Below the pieces are notes generated by a model. It searched no databases, was not told the DNA's origin, and saw nothing but the letters and a program-made list of their open reading frames with translations. From Gloeobacterales cyanobacterium (GTDB lineage: Bacteria; Cyanobacteriota; Cyanobacteriia; Gloeobacterales; PMM-0068), in the NCBI GenBank assembly GCA_038245785.1, contig JBBRSB010000001.1:288001-352000 (forward strand): a DNA stretch of 64,000 nt, in the 5' to 3' direction. Of the stretch, positions 1 to 9,402 are shown piece by piece; positions within the stretch are counted from its first letter, which is position 1; each line of letters begins with the position of its first letter. The translations under genes were made by a program, and so were the position numbers.

Positions 1-949
1 GGTAGAGGCGACTACTGTCATTGCAATCCAGGTTAAGCGAGCGGCTGTTGTTGTAGGCTCCGGTGAAGAGCCAATCCCCAACTTTACCCGTAGCAAACAC
101 GGCACTGCGCAGGTCTAGTTTGGTGGTGTTGTTGCGGTCAGGCGGTAGAAAGTCTCGGAAACTACGGTAGTAATCGGTTCCTTGAGCGCCCAGTCGTAAA
201 TTAACTACGCCCGTGACGAGAGAAGGACGCAAACTGGTCTCGAATTCTAGCTGGGAAGAGGCTGCCAGGTCTGCCGCTCTGGCCTCAACCTTGACTACTT
301 GCGCTTCTAAGTTAGAACGTAGATTGGCTACATACTGGCCCTTTTGGACTTTGACCTGGAACCCAGCCTGGTCGGGGTCTGCGTCGGTTCCGGTGAATTC
401 GCCAGCGCTACTAGTCAGCGTCACCATCGCATCCCGGTCTGAACGATTGCCTTGCTCATCCAGAAGTTGGCCTTCTAGGGTAACGGTTGAACGACCATCG
501 GCGGGGAGCTTAGCCTGTGCAGACTTGACCGTGATTTTCTTAGGGATACCGCGCACGAATACTTTGACAATGATTTTCTCTCCACCCTTAACCTGGGCCA
601 CGAGCGTGTTCTCACCCTCTTTCAGGGAAAGGCCATACCAGGTTTGGGTGACCAGGTTGTTTTTGGTATCCGTTTCTGTACGCCCAATCAAGGTACGGTC
701 TGCTGGGACATCATTGACCAGCAGATCTACGTCTTTGCCCACATCCAGCGGAAACTGTAAGACCACATTCGTTGCCGGAATGTCCACGATTGAATTCGGG
801 GCAGGATTGAGAATTTTGACGACTCGGCTGGCTGCATTCGGCGGAGTGAGTTCCGTTTGGGCAATGGGCTCTGCTTTGACCACACAGCTAAAGCTCAAGC
901 TCCCAGCCAGATAGAAGAGAATTCCTGTACGTACTACAGAAGATTTCAT
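1..949 (-). CDS. Large secreted/outer-membrane protein of the DUF11 operon (N-terminal part; runs off the window edge)
   Basis: Not in the ORF track. ATG at 949 overlaps the stop of 946..2424 (ATGA). Reads MKSSVVRTGILFYLAGSLSFSCVVKAEPIAQ...: a signal peptide followed by beta-rich Ig-like sequence. Confidence 0.75.
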   Translation of the reverse strand, partial: MKSSVVRTGILFYLAGSLSFSCVVKAEPIAQTELTPPNAASRVVKILNPAPNSIVDIPATNVVLQFPLDVGKDVDLLVNDVPADRTLIGRTETDTKNNLVTQTWYGLSLKEGENTLVAQVKGGEKIIVKVFVRGIPKKITVKSAQAKLPADGRSTVTLEGQLLDEQGNRSDRDAMVTLTSSAGEFTGTDADPDQAGFQVKVQKGQYVANLRSNLEAQVVKVEARAADLAASSQLEFETSLRPSLVTGVVNLRLGAQGTDYYRSFRDFLPPDRNNTTKLDLRSAVFATGKVGDWLFTGAYNNSRSLNLDCNDSSRLY

Positions 950-2424
950 GGTCGTTTTTCCTTGTACGTGGGGGTGACGCCAAAATTCATCCGCACCAAA
1001 CCGCCTGGTTCTAAGTTCACGAAGCGAGACTGACTATTGAGTTCGATAAAATGGATATTTGGGGCGAAGGTATATCCCGGTAGGCTATTGAGGTCTAGAA
1101 CTCCGGTGTGGGGTCCAGAAGTCACATTGGCGACGGAGAACAGACCGTTGGGATCGGTGGTGATGCGGGTGCCATTGTCCATGAAGACCACGGCATTGGG
1201 CACTCCTGGTTCATCAGGCTGCTGTTCGCCGTCAAAGTTTTTGTCTGTAAATACTGTCCCGAGAATCAAACCCCGGTCGGAGAGGATACCAGGACGGATC
1301 TTGAGACGGTAGACAGCAGGGCCACCGCGTACTGGACGGTTGTTGCTTACCCGGCGACCGACTACGGAAGCTGAGTTTTGGCCTGAGCCGCGAATGGCAT
1401 CGGGCGTGAGGGTTGTGGCATAAGCAATGTTGAGACTCATGCCCACAGGAATGGTTGCACCTGTGGCATCTAAGAGGACGGTCGAGCCACTCCGGGTTGC
1501 CGTAACCGCTACGGGGCTACCTGAAACTTCTGCCCGTACGGAGTTTTGCAAGAAGTCAAAACCGAGGGGAAGAGTATCGGTTACCTGGATCGAATCTAGG
1601 GGAGAAGTAGATAAATTTTTGACCTCCACCCGATAGACAATCGTGTCTCCTGTTTCAGCGGTAGCACGATCTCCTATCTTGGTAATTTGGATTTCGTTGG
1701 GTTGGCAAACACTGGTATTGAGGCCAGTTATGAGGATCAATCCAACCGTTGCTGCATCGCCAATCGTAGTGGTATTGGTTGTGGAAACAGTCGGATTGCT
1801 GGTGATCGCTAAGGGATTATTATCTAGAGATGTAGCTTCATAGGTAACGTTGTTGCCCACACGGTTAGTAATTTTTAGAAGAATTCTGCGCTGGCTGTAA
1901 ATACCACCTGTAGGGGGATTGACCACTAGGATATAGGTTCTACCTGTATCCAATTGCCCTCTTCTTGCATCAAAGAGAAAGTTATAGTTGCCCTTGCCAC
2001 TATCAGACAGAAAGAAAGGATTACTGTTTTGCGTATTGGGAGCAGCTCCACCTGGAATGGTATTGCTCAAATCATCGGGTACTTCTGTGCGCGTCAGAGA
2101 TACTAGAGAGCCAAGGTCTGTGCCATTCGGCGTGTCATATAAACTAATACTGAATCCCTTATAGCTGCTCAGCGTTTCTCCATCACAACCTGTTACCCGG
2201 CCTAAGGGATCGATCAATTCAAAGCTGGAGCTATTCTGATTAGAAGCTAAACTGGCCTGAGCATAGCCCTGAGGATCACGATAGACCAGGCTCGCCTGAT
2301 TCCTGAAGGTCGTATTGGTCTGAGCCAAAACAGGTTGAGCTAGGGGTAACATTCCACCTACTAGTAATAGCTGAAAGCAACGTTGTAAGAAATCACTAGA
2401 GCGCTTTTTGCACAAGGAAGCCAC
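946..2424 (-). CDS. Secreted DUF11-domain protein with C-terminal SdrD-B/prealbumin-like domain
   Basis: Signal peptide (..QPVLA). DUF11 motifs ITKIGD..YRVEVKN..VTDTLPLGF..NSASV. C-terminal GTVFTDKNFDGEQQPDEPGVPNA. Confidence 0.8.
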   Translation of the reverse strand: MASLCKKRSSDFLQRCFQLLLVGGMLPLAQPVLAQTNTTFRNQASLVYRDPQGYAQASLASNQNSSSFELIDPLGRVTGCDGETLSSYKGFSISLYDTPNGTDLGSLVSLTRTEVPDDLSNTIPGGAAPNTQNSNPFFLSDSGKGNYNFLFDARRGQLDTGRTYILVVNPPTGGIYSQRRILLKITNRVGNNVTYEATSLDNNPLAITSNPTVSTTNTTTIGDAATVGLILITGLNTSVCQPNEIQITKIGDRATAETGDTIVYRVEVKNLSTSPLDSIQVTDTLPLGFDFLQNSVRAEVSGSPVAVTATRSGSTVLLDATGATIPVGMSLNIAYATTLTPDAIRGSGQNSASVVGRRVSNNRPVRGGPAVYRLKIRPGILSDRGLILGTVFTDKNFDGEQQPDEPGVPNAVVFMDNGTRITTDPNGLFSVANVTSGPHTGVLDLNSLPGYTFAPNIHFIELNSQSRFVNLEPGGLVRMNFGVTPTYKEKRP

Positions 2425-2454
2425 TGCTTTTCACTCCGATAAGGCATGAAGAAA

Positions 2455-2484
2455 TTGGGGACACCCTAAGGAAAGTGCCCCCAA
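2455..2484 (-). terminator. Stem-loop between the large subunit gene and the downstream genes (attenuator, terminator or mRNA stabiliser)
   Basis: Minus strand TTGGGGGCAC-loop-GTGTCCCCAA followed by TTTCTTC, just after the stop at 2498. Confidence 0.5.
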
Positions 2485-2497
2485 CTGTCTGTTTTAA

Positions 2498-4861
2498 CTA
2501 GTTGATCTTGCGGCGGAAAGTAAACGTTTTGCTTACCCCTGGTCCTATAGGGCCAGTAATGGTATCTACATATTTGGTGACATCCGTAGTTGCGGTTGTC
2601 CCCGCTTGGTCTACGGCGGCAGTAGCGCCTGTGGCACCACTGAAGAAGGTAATCACGGTACCCGTTCCAGAATCACGAGCGGAGCCAAGCACATTGCTGG
2701 TATCAAAGGAACCATTGCTGTCGTTGTCTAGAGCCCAGTTGTTGCCAGTCAATCCACCGATGGTGCCGTTTTCGGTAACCACAATGTCTTTGGCATCCAG
2801 CACCGCATTACTTCCAGAACCTGCTTGCGCTTCTGTGATGTTCTTGTAGGTGATGTTGTACTCGATGATGCTTCCAGGAGGAACATTGCCCGTGATCGCT
2901 GTTCCAGCAGGAACTAGTTCTGTTGCGCCATCGGCCGCTAGAACCCGTGCCGTTTTAGCCAGGGTCATGAAACCGACATAAACCCGGTCAATGGAGGTGT
3001 TCTGAGCATCGGCAGCATCTAAGCCAGCAGGCCCTAGATCGATAAAGGCTGCAACAGGAACAGGAATACCGGTGAAGGTGGGCGCTCCAGCAGGTAGGTC
3101 AACGGATACCCCGTAGTTGGCAATTCCACCGACGGGAATATCTGCGGCAGGAATTACGACGGGGGTCCCGGTAGTGGCAGGAACTCCTCCGGTGTAGGTG
3201 TAGGTTGCGGATTGACTACCGTAGGAGATTGTCACCTTAGTACCATTGGGGATAGTCCCTGCTGCGACGGTAGCAGGTGCTAGGGATATAGGAGTCGTAG
3301 AGGTCCCTGAGTTTTGCACGGTACCAGTGAAAGCTGCAGGGCTAGGGTCGGTTCCGACTAATAGGGCGGCCTTGTTGGTGAAGTCATCGTTATTGCTCGT
3401 AGGACCGATGGCCGTGGGTGCGCCAGAAGGACCATTTAGAACAGTAGAAGGAGGGGCAATCGAGACGAGGTTCGCTTCCCCATCTGGACCTGTACCGGAG
3501 TTATTACCGGGGTCATTGCCGTCGGTCGCGCCTGGGACGCCCGTGTTGGTGGCTGGATCAAAGGGGTCAGCAATAGGACTGGGGCCATCGGTGAAGTTGC
3601 TAGGATTCTGGTCTCCAGATTCGTCGTAGACCAGGATAGTGCCACCGGGAGTGGTACCGAATATTTGAGCCAGGTTACGAACACTGGTACCTGCGGATGT
3701 AACGCCACTGGTAACGACTTGGAAGGAAAATCCGGTGACGGTGGTTCCTGCACTTACTGGGCCATTGTTGATAAAACCGACCCGAGCTACGGTAGTGCCA
3801 GGTACGGTAGTCCAGGCAGCAAGCGTGGAGTTAGGCTTAGTAGCCGTGAGATCTGAGGTGTAGACGGTGGTCCAGCCTGAGGGTGCAACAGGGGTACCTG
3901 CTATCAAAACTGTGCTTACAGGAACAGCATCCGAAACCAAAATCCGAGTGACGGTAGCGCCATCTACGGTGATAGGAGTACCGGCTAAGGGAGCGGCAGA
4001 AAATCCTGTGCTTCCTAGAGGGGCAGCACTGTCTACCCTCAGGCTCAAACTGTAGGTAACCTTGTCATCGGTGAGCGTGCTTGGTGTGCCATTGTCCGTA
4101 TAGGCACTGCCCTTGAGGATGGCCGCGAAGGCTTGAGGGTTACTGCCCACGGTAGCGGTCTGGGTCGCACTGGCTTCACGAGTACCGTTAATCGGAGCGA
4201 AGGCTGCATCGGCAGGAACGGTTCCATCTACGGTAAATACGTCTCCGGCTTGGGAGGTAGCTGCCGTCCGCTCTTGGTTCTGAGCATCTCCGGGGGTGTT
4301 ACCCAATTGAATGGAGATTGCTTGGCCTGTTGTTGCGCCAGGACTGACTTGGATAGGGACTCTTACTTTGATCGTGCCGCCTACAGGAATATCGGCGGTA
4401 GTGAAAGAACCACCGCTAATTGCGACAAACCCGCTGCCCGTATCGACAGACAAGCTCCCATTGATACTGCCAGGACCAGCGGTCACCGTGGCCAGGTTAG
4501 GAATCGTAAATCTTGTTGCGTCGTTACCTGTGTTGGTAATTACGTAGTCATAGTAAAGGACTGAGCCGGGAGTGATAGAGGCTCCGGCCACTGCTGGCGT
4601 AACACCAGCGGAAGTAAGCGTCATACCCGCAACTTCTGCGACGGTGACGGTGACAGTATTGGAAGTGGTAGGGGGCTGCGCTACGCCTGCGTTGTCAGAG
4701 TAGGTAGCTTGGGCCGTGTTGCTGATAGTAGTACCAGCCGTAGTGCCAGAAGCCCAAGCGGCGGGAGCCAACTGTAGGATACTACTCACGAGAAAAGTAG
4801 CGGCCAGCAAACCACTACTGTGACTCCTTGGTGTTTTGGATAGCTTTTCGAGAAGACGCAT
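2498..4861 (-). CDS. Large secreted Thr/Gly-rich multi-Ig (DUF11-like) surface or fibre protein
   Basis: Signal peptide ending AAWA; N-terminal GTTISNTAQATY; repeated Y-x-I-T-N and VSDAVP Ig motifs; 787 aa. Confidence 0.8.
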   Translation of the reverse strand: MRLLEKLSKTPRSHSSGLLAATFLVSSILQLAPAAWASGTTAGTTISNTAQATYSDNAGVAQPPTTSNTVTVTVAEVAGMTLTSAGVTPAVAGASITPGSVLYYDYVITNTGNDATRFTIPNLATVTAGPGSINGSLSVDTGSGFVAISGGSFTTADIPVGGTIKVRVPIQVSPGATTGQAISIQLGNTPGDAQNQERTAATSQAGDVFTVDGTVPADAAFAPINGTREASATQTATVGSNPQAFAAILKGSAYTDNGTPSTLTDDKVTYSLSLRVDSAAPLGSTGFSAAPLAGTPITVDGATVTRILVSDAVPVSTVLIAGTPVAPSGWTTVYTSDLTATKPNSTLAAWTTVPGTTVARVGFINNGPVSAGTTVTGFSFQVVTSGVTSAGTSVRNLAQIFGTTPGGTILVYDESGDQNPSNFTDGPSPIADPFDPATNTGVPGATDGNDPGNNSGTGPDGEANLVSIAPPSTVLNGPSGAPTAIGPTSNNDDFTNKAALLVGTDPSPAAFTGTVQNSGTSTTPISLAPATVAAGTIPNGTKVTISYGSQSATYTYTGGVPATTGTPVVIPAADIPVGGIANYGVSVDLPAGAPTFTGIPVPVAAFIDLGPAGLDAADAQNTSIDRVYVGFMTLAKTARVLAADGATELVPAGTAITGNVPPGSIIEYNITYKNITEAQAGSGSNAVLDAKDIVVTENGTIGGLTGNNWALDNDSNGSFDTSNVLGSARDSGTGTVITFFSGATGATAAVDQAGTTATTDVTKYVDTITGPIGPGVSKTFTFRRKIN

Positions 4862-5417
4862 ATAGATGATGTGCCAGTGGATACAAAATCAAGCATTCCT
4901 CCGTATATCTCCTGATTTGTAAAGATTTTGTGAACTTCGTAATGACTACCTATGGCAAGATTGCGACAGAAACTATCTTCCTTTTATCTATAAATTGTTT
5001 GTATCTTGACAATCCAAATGGGGCACTTACGCTTACGATAGTTTGTAGTCGTTAGTGGAAAGCCTACAGGAAGAGACTTTAACTGTTTCATGTCAATACA
5101 GTTGATGATGTTTAAAAGTTGGGAAGCGCCATCGTATCCTAGAAATCTCTACAGGAGAGAAGAAAAACCCGTTCCCTAATTTACGGATAGGCTACTTACC
5201 CTATAAGGGTGATAGAAACTGGCTTCATTCTCTATATAGGTTATAAACAGTTTCTGCAACACCCCTGATGTTTGCCAATTAGGGTATGTGTGTTAGCAAT
5301 CTCTCTGATGCCTCGCAGCACAGCAGAAATCCCGTCACTAGTCCATTACACGTTCTCCATATGGGGTAAGCAGCAGTTTCAACTAGAATGTGGTTAATAC
5401 TGAATTGGCTAAGACCT

Positions 5418-5702
5418 ATGCCCAAAGCGATCTGGAATGGTGTAACTCTGGCAGAGAGCGCTCAATGTGAGCAGGTGGAGGGAAACTATTATTTCCCTGC
5501 GGACTCGATCAAGCAGGAGTATTTCAAAGAAAGCTCTACCCACACAACCTGCCCCTGGAAGGGGGTTGCCAGCTACTACAACGTGGAAGTGGATGGTCAG
5601 GTGAACAAGGACGCAGCCTGGTACTACCCCACGGCTAAAGATGCCGCCAAAAATATCCAGGGCCATATCGCTTTCTGGAAAGGCGTAAAAGTCGAGAAGT
5701 AA
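5418..5702 (+). CDS. DUF427 family protein
   Basis: VEGNYYFP, TCPWKGVASYY, AAWYYP and IAFWKGV motifs; start moved to MPKAIWNG. Confidence 0.9.
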   Translation: MPKAIWNGVTLAESAQCEQVEGNYYFPADSIKQEYFKESSTHTTCPWKGVASYYNVEVDGQVNKDAAWYYPTAKDAAKNIQGHIAFWKGVKVEK

Positions 5703-5747
5703 GGCCTGACAGTCTTTGCTGCTAAAGACCAGGACCATGGCTCTCTC

Positions 5748-5775
5748 GTAAGGGCGCATCGCGATGCGCCCTTAC
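5748..5775. repeat. 28-bp perfect REP-like palindrome
   Basis: GTAAGGGCGCATCGCGATGCGCCCTTAC is self-complementary. Confidence 0.85.
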
Positions 5776-5985
5776 CTATACGGAGGACTATCGCTGCGAT
5801 GTAGAGACCAGCGCGCTTGGGAGCGGTCTAGAAACTCCACCTATCCCAGAAAATGACCAAAAAGTGAGTACTTTTTGGTCTGGAAAGAGCATTTAACCCC
5901 CTAGAGAATGTGGATACCGATTCTGTACGCCGTTCAAAAGCAGTCAATGAATCGCTACGTTACCCACATCTTTAGGAAATACACT

Positions 5986-6609
5986 ATGGAAACGCCTACT
6001 TCCTCTCGGCGCGATGTTCTTGTGAAGGGAGCTGCCGCTGGTTTGACAGGAGTTTTGGGCATAGTTGCTATTGCGCGTCCGTCGATGGCAGCGACCGATC
6101 AAGAAAAAGATGCCGCTATCCTCAATGCTGCTATCGACTTAGAAAACCAAGCGATCTGGGCCTATGGAGTCGCTGGTGGAAAACTCAGCAGTACAGACGT
6201 CGGAAAAACGATTCTGGCTTTGGCCCTCCGCAACCAAGCAGACCACAAAAAACACCGAGATGCTTTAGCGGCGGTAGTCAAGAGCTTGGGTAAAACGCCT
6301 GCTCCTGCCAAACAGAGCTATGACCTCTCTACCTATATCAAGGCAGGGGAAGGCAATCTAAACTCCGATGCCAATATTGGCAAACTGGCCTTGGCCCTGG
6401 AAATTGATGCCGTTCTCGCCTATGGGGACGCCTTCAGCAAACTGAAAACCCCTGCCATTCTCGCCGCAGCCGGAACAATCGCTCCCGATGAAGCCGCCCA
6501 TGCAACGGCAATCCGGGCTGTATTCAAAACCCTAATCCCCTCCCTCGAATACGTGCCAGCCGCTTTTATCAGCGCTGATACGCGCAAGGATTGGATCTTG
6601 AAAGTCTAG
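5986..6609 (+). CDS. Tat-signal ferritin-like domain protein
   Basis: SRRDVL twin-arginine leader; LNAAIDLE..AY, HKKHRD, LEIDAV.AY, DEAAHA four-helix motifs. Confidence 0.8.
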   Translation: METPTSSRRDVLVKGAAAGLTGVLGIVAIARPSMAATDQEKDAAILNAAIDLENQAIWAYGVAGGKLSSTDVGKTILALALRNQADHKKHRDALAAVVKSLGKTPAPAKQSYDLSTYIKAGEGNLNSDANIGKLALALEIDAVLAYGDAFSKLKTPAILAAAGTIAPDEAAHATAIRAVFKTLIPSLEYVPAAFISADTRKDWILKV

Positions 6610-6689
6610 AGCTTTTGAAATTTGATGCTGATCTTGTTGGGTTATGCGCCTAGGTACTTCCCCCTGGGCGTTTTCTTGAGGAACTTTTA

Positions 6690-7097
6690 ATGAAACGCTA
6701 CGCCATAAATCTCGCTTTAGTACCTATTTTCTCCATGGGCATATCCACTGCAGCTTTAGCCATGTATCCCCTTATGCCTCTTATGCATAATGAATCTCAG
6801 AAAATCAGTCAAATGGCTAAGACAGGAAAAGCGGTGAAAACCGCTACGGTGATTATCGATGGCTTTCAATTTACACCGGATAATCTAGTGCTTAAAAAAG
6901 GGGGCAAGGTGACTTTTATGAACAAAGATTCCACTTCCCACACCGTTACACCAGAGGAAGGGTCAAAGTTCGTGGGAACGGGGCGTTTAGAAAAAGATGC
7001 CCCCTCTAAAACAGTCACGTTTACAACAATGGGTGAACAGAATTATTTCTGTGAAATTCATCCCAGTATGAAGGGCAAAATCACCGTTGTTCCTTAA
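6690..7097 (+). CDS. Secreted cupredoxin (plastocyanin/amicyanin-like)
   Basis: Signal peptide; N-K-D-x-x-x-H-T-V and YFCEIHPSM type-1 copper ligands. Confidence 0.85.
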   Translation: MKRYAINLALVPIFSMGISTAALAMYPLMPLMHNESQKISQMAKTGKAVKTATVIIDGFQFTPDNLVLKKGGKVTFMNKDSTSHTVTPEEGSKFVGTGRLEKDAPSKTVTFTTMGEQNYFCEIHPSMKGKITVVP

Positions 7098-7183
7098 GAA
7101 ACGGAGACTTGAACAAGGGGATAGAGAAAAAGGTAGTTTATATTCGGTAGGAGCGTCTGTCTATAGAAATCATTGGGGTCTAT

Positions 7184-8128
7184 ATGGATAGAATTACTTC
7201 TAATCGAAATAGCTTCAAACAGGATTTGACAATAAAAAGCTTCTCCCAATTCCTGCTTAAGCTTCTAGGTGCTTTTTTAACGTTGTTACTCGCTGTATAT
7301 TGTGCTGCCTGTGTTTTCCTCTATATTCGACAGGCACACTATATCTTCGTCCCGGAAAGAGATATCAAAGTTACCCCTGCAGATTATCAGCTCAACTATC
7401 AAGATATTTACATACCTGTTTCTACTCCTACAGGCAAGACAGAAAAAATTCACGGGTGGTGGATTCCTAATGCCAATAAAAATGCCAAAACCCTCCTCTA
7501 TCTGCATGGAAACAGCGTTAGTGTCGGAGCGAACGCAGAACATGCCACCCGCTTACATAATCTCGGGTTTTCTGTCCTTTTGGTTGATTATCGGGGCTTT
7601 GGACGAAGTGATGGAGAATTCCCTTCCGAATCTCAAGTTTATGAAGATGCCCAAGCAGCCTGGAACTATTTAGTAAAGAAACAAAAGGCCCGAAATATTT
7701 TTATATATGGTCATTCTCTTGGAGGAGCGGTTGCGGTAGATCTCGCGGTGCACCATCCAGAAGCTGCGGGCCTGATTGTGGAAAGTTCGTTCACTTCTAT
7801 CCTGGATCTGGCTTCTCGCTATTCATGGACTCAGTTCTTTCCCATGCCCCTGCTCCTGACGCAGCGATTCGATTCCCTCTCTAAGGTGAAATACCTCAAA
7901 GTACCGGTTCTTTTCATTCATGGCACAGCGGATCAGACTATTTCTTTTCAAATGAGTCAGCGCTTATTTGCTGCGGCTCCCGCACCTAAACAGTTGGAAC
8001 TAGTGCCCAATGCAGACCATGGGAATGATGCTATCGTTGCAGGTCCACGCTACCTGGAAGTGGTTCAAAATTTTGTGCAGATGGTCAGTGCTCCTACGAA
8101 CCCCGTGGTATCTCAGGGGTCTTCATGA
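7184..8128 (+). CDS. Membrane-anchored alpha/beta hydrolase (ABHD13/Bem46-like)
   Basis: LYLHGN, DYRGFGRS, GHSLGG, HGTAD, DH. Confidence 0.9.
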   Translation: MDRITSNRNSFKQDLTIKSFSQFLLKLLGAFLTLLLAVYCAACVFLYIRQAHYIFVPERDIKVTPADYQLNYQDIYIPVSTPTGKTEKIHGWWIPNANKNAKTLLYLHGNSVSVGANAEHATRLHNLGFSVLLVDYRGFGRSDGEFPSESQVYEDAQAAWNYLVKKQKARNIFIYGHSLGGAVAVDLAVHHPEAAGLIVESSFTSILDLASRYSWTQFFPMPLLLTQRFDSLSKVKYLKVPVLFIHGTADQTISFQMSQRLFAAAPAPKQLELVPNADHGNDAIVAGPRYLEVVQNFVQMVSAPTNPVVSQGSS

Positions 8129-8211
8129 AAAATCATTTGGATTCTAGAGCAGCAATCTATAAATTTCCATAATCAGGCATATTGTAGGTACTTATTCCTG
8201 CCCCTAACTGA

Positions 8212-9105
8212 ATGTTCGTACGCAAACTATCATGGCCAAATATTTTTAAGAGTTTGAGCATTCTCTTCATCCTCTTTTATATTGCTGTCTGTGGCTTCCT
8301 CTATTTCCGTCAGAACTATTTTATTTACGATCCAGAGCGGCAAATTCGAGCTACTCCTGCGCTTTATCATCTGCCCTATCAGGAGGTTGAGCTTCCTATC
8401 ACAACCCAAAGTCAGAAGATTGAGAAAATACAGGGTTGGTGGATTCCTGCTGTCCAGAAGAATGCTAAAACGCTTCTATACCTCCATGGGAAGGGGGCCA
8501 ATATGGGTAAAGACGCTGAACGGGTTAGCCAGTTTCACCAGCTTGGGCTGTCTGTCTTTTTGATTGACTATAGAGGTTTTGGTAAAAGTGAAGGGGCCTT
8601 TCCCTCTGAAACTCAAATCTATGAGGATGCTGAGCAGGCTTGGCAATATCTGATTCAAAAGTTAAAGCTAAATCCTAAACATGTATTTGTCTATGGTCAT
8701 TCGCTGGGCGGAGCGATTGCTATTGAGTTAGCGCTTCATCATTCTCAAATACCAGGATTAATCATAGAAAGTTCGTTCACCGCCATGCGCGATATGGCTA
8801 TTAGAACGGATTGGTGGGCTTCCTATATTCCTTTAGATTTTCTGCTCACTCAGAAATTCGATTCCCGGTCAAAAATTAAAATGCTTAGAATGCCAATTTT
8901 ATTTATTCACGGTACCGCCGATGCGATGATTCCCTACGAGATGAGTGAACAATTATTTGCGATGACCACTTCACCGAAGAAGCTCTTGCTAATTCCTCAA
9001 GGCGACCACGACCACAATTTTAAAATTGGAAAAGCTCAATATATGGAGGCTATCCGGGATTTTGTCTTGCATACCCCTCAGTCCCTACGGGACAGCTCCC
9101 CTTAG
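8212..9105 (+). CDS. Membrane-anchored alpha/beta hydrolase, tandem paralog
   Basis: LYLHGK, DYRGFGKS, GHSLGG, HGTAD, GDH. Confidence 0.9.
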   Translation: MFVRKLSWPNIFKSLSILFILFYIAVCGFLYFRQNYFIYDPERQIRATPALYHLPYQEVELPITTQSQKIEKIQGWWIPAVQKNAKTLLYLHGKGANMGKDAERVSQFHQLGLSVFLIDYRGFGKSEGAFPSETQIYEDAEQAWQYLIQKLKLNPKHVFVYGHSLGGAIAIELALHHSQIPGLIIESSFTAMRDMAIRTDWWASYIPLDFLLTQKFDSRSKIKMLRMPILFIHGTADAMIPYEMSEQLFAMTTSPKKLLLIPQGDHDHNFKIGKAQYMEAIRDFVLHTPQSLRDSSP

Positions 9106-9375
9106 AGGGGAGCCCATACTGGGAGAAGAAGGATGGCTTGGATTTGGCTACAGACGCTGCCAAAGTGATAGCTCCCAGCATGGATGAAATAGACTACTCG
9201 CAGGCCTAAACTTTCTAACGCGGGAGTGGAGCTACCGCGCATCTTGCAGGCCCTAGGGGGAGCTTGTTCATATGATTGTTCTCGTATCCCCTCAGTTCTA
9301 CCCTTGCACCCGCAGTTTTCTCTGACCACAGAAGTCTCCCCTCTAAGGGGAGCTGTCCCGTAGGGACTGAGGGGT
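9073..9375. mobile_element. Non-autonomous element: perfect 40-bp inverted repeats around an internally deleted DUF559-like endonuclease remnant
   Basis: 9073-9112 is the exact reverse complement of 9336-9375. The minus-strand interior reads YEQAPPRACKMRGSSTPA|LESLGLRVVYF..FGSVCSQIQAIL. Confidence 0.7.
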
Positions 9376-9402
9376 TGGATCATAGCCTTTCCGAAGAATG
9401 AA

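Noticed and set aside
213..914. 233-aa plus-strand ORF
   Set aside because: Antisense shadow of the minus-strand gene that starts at 949
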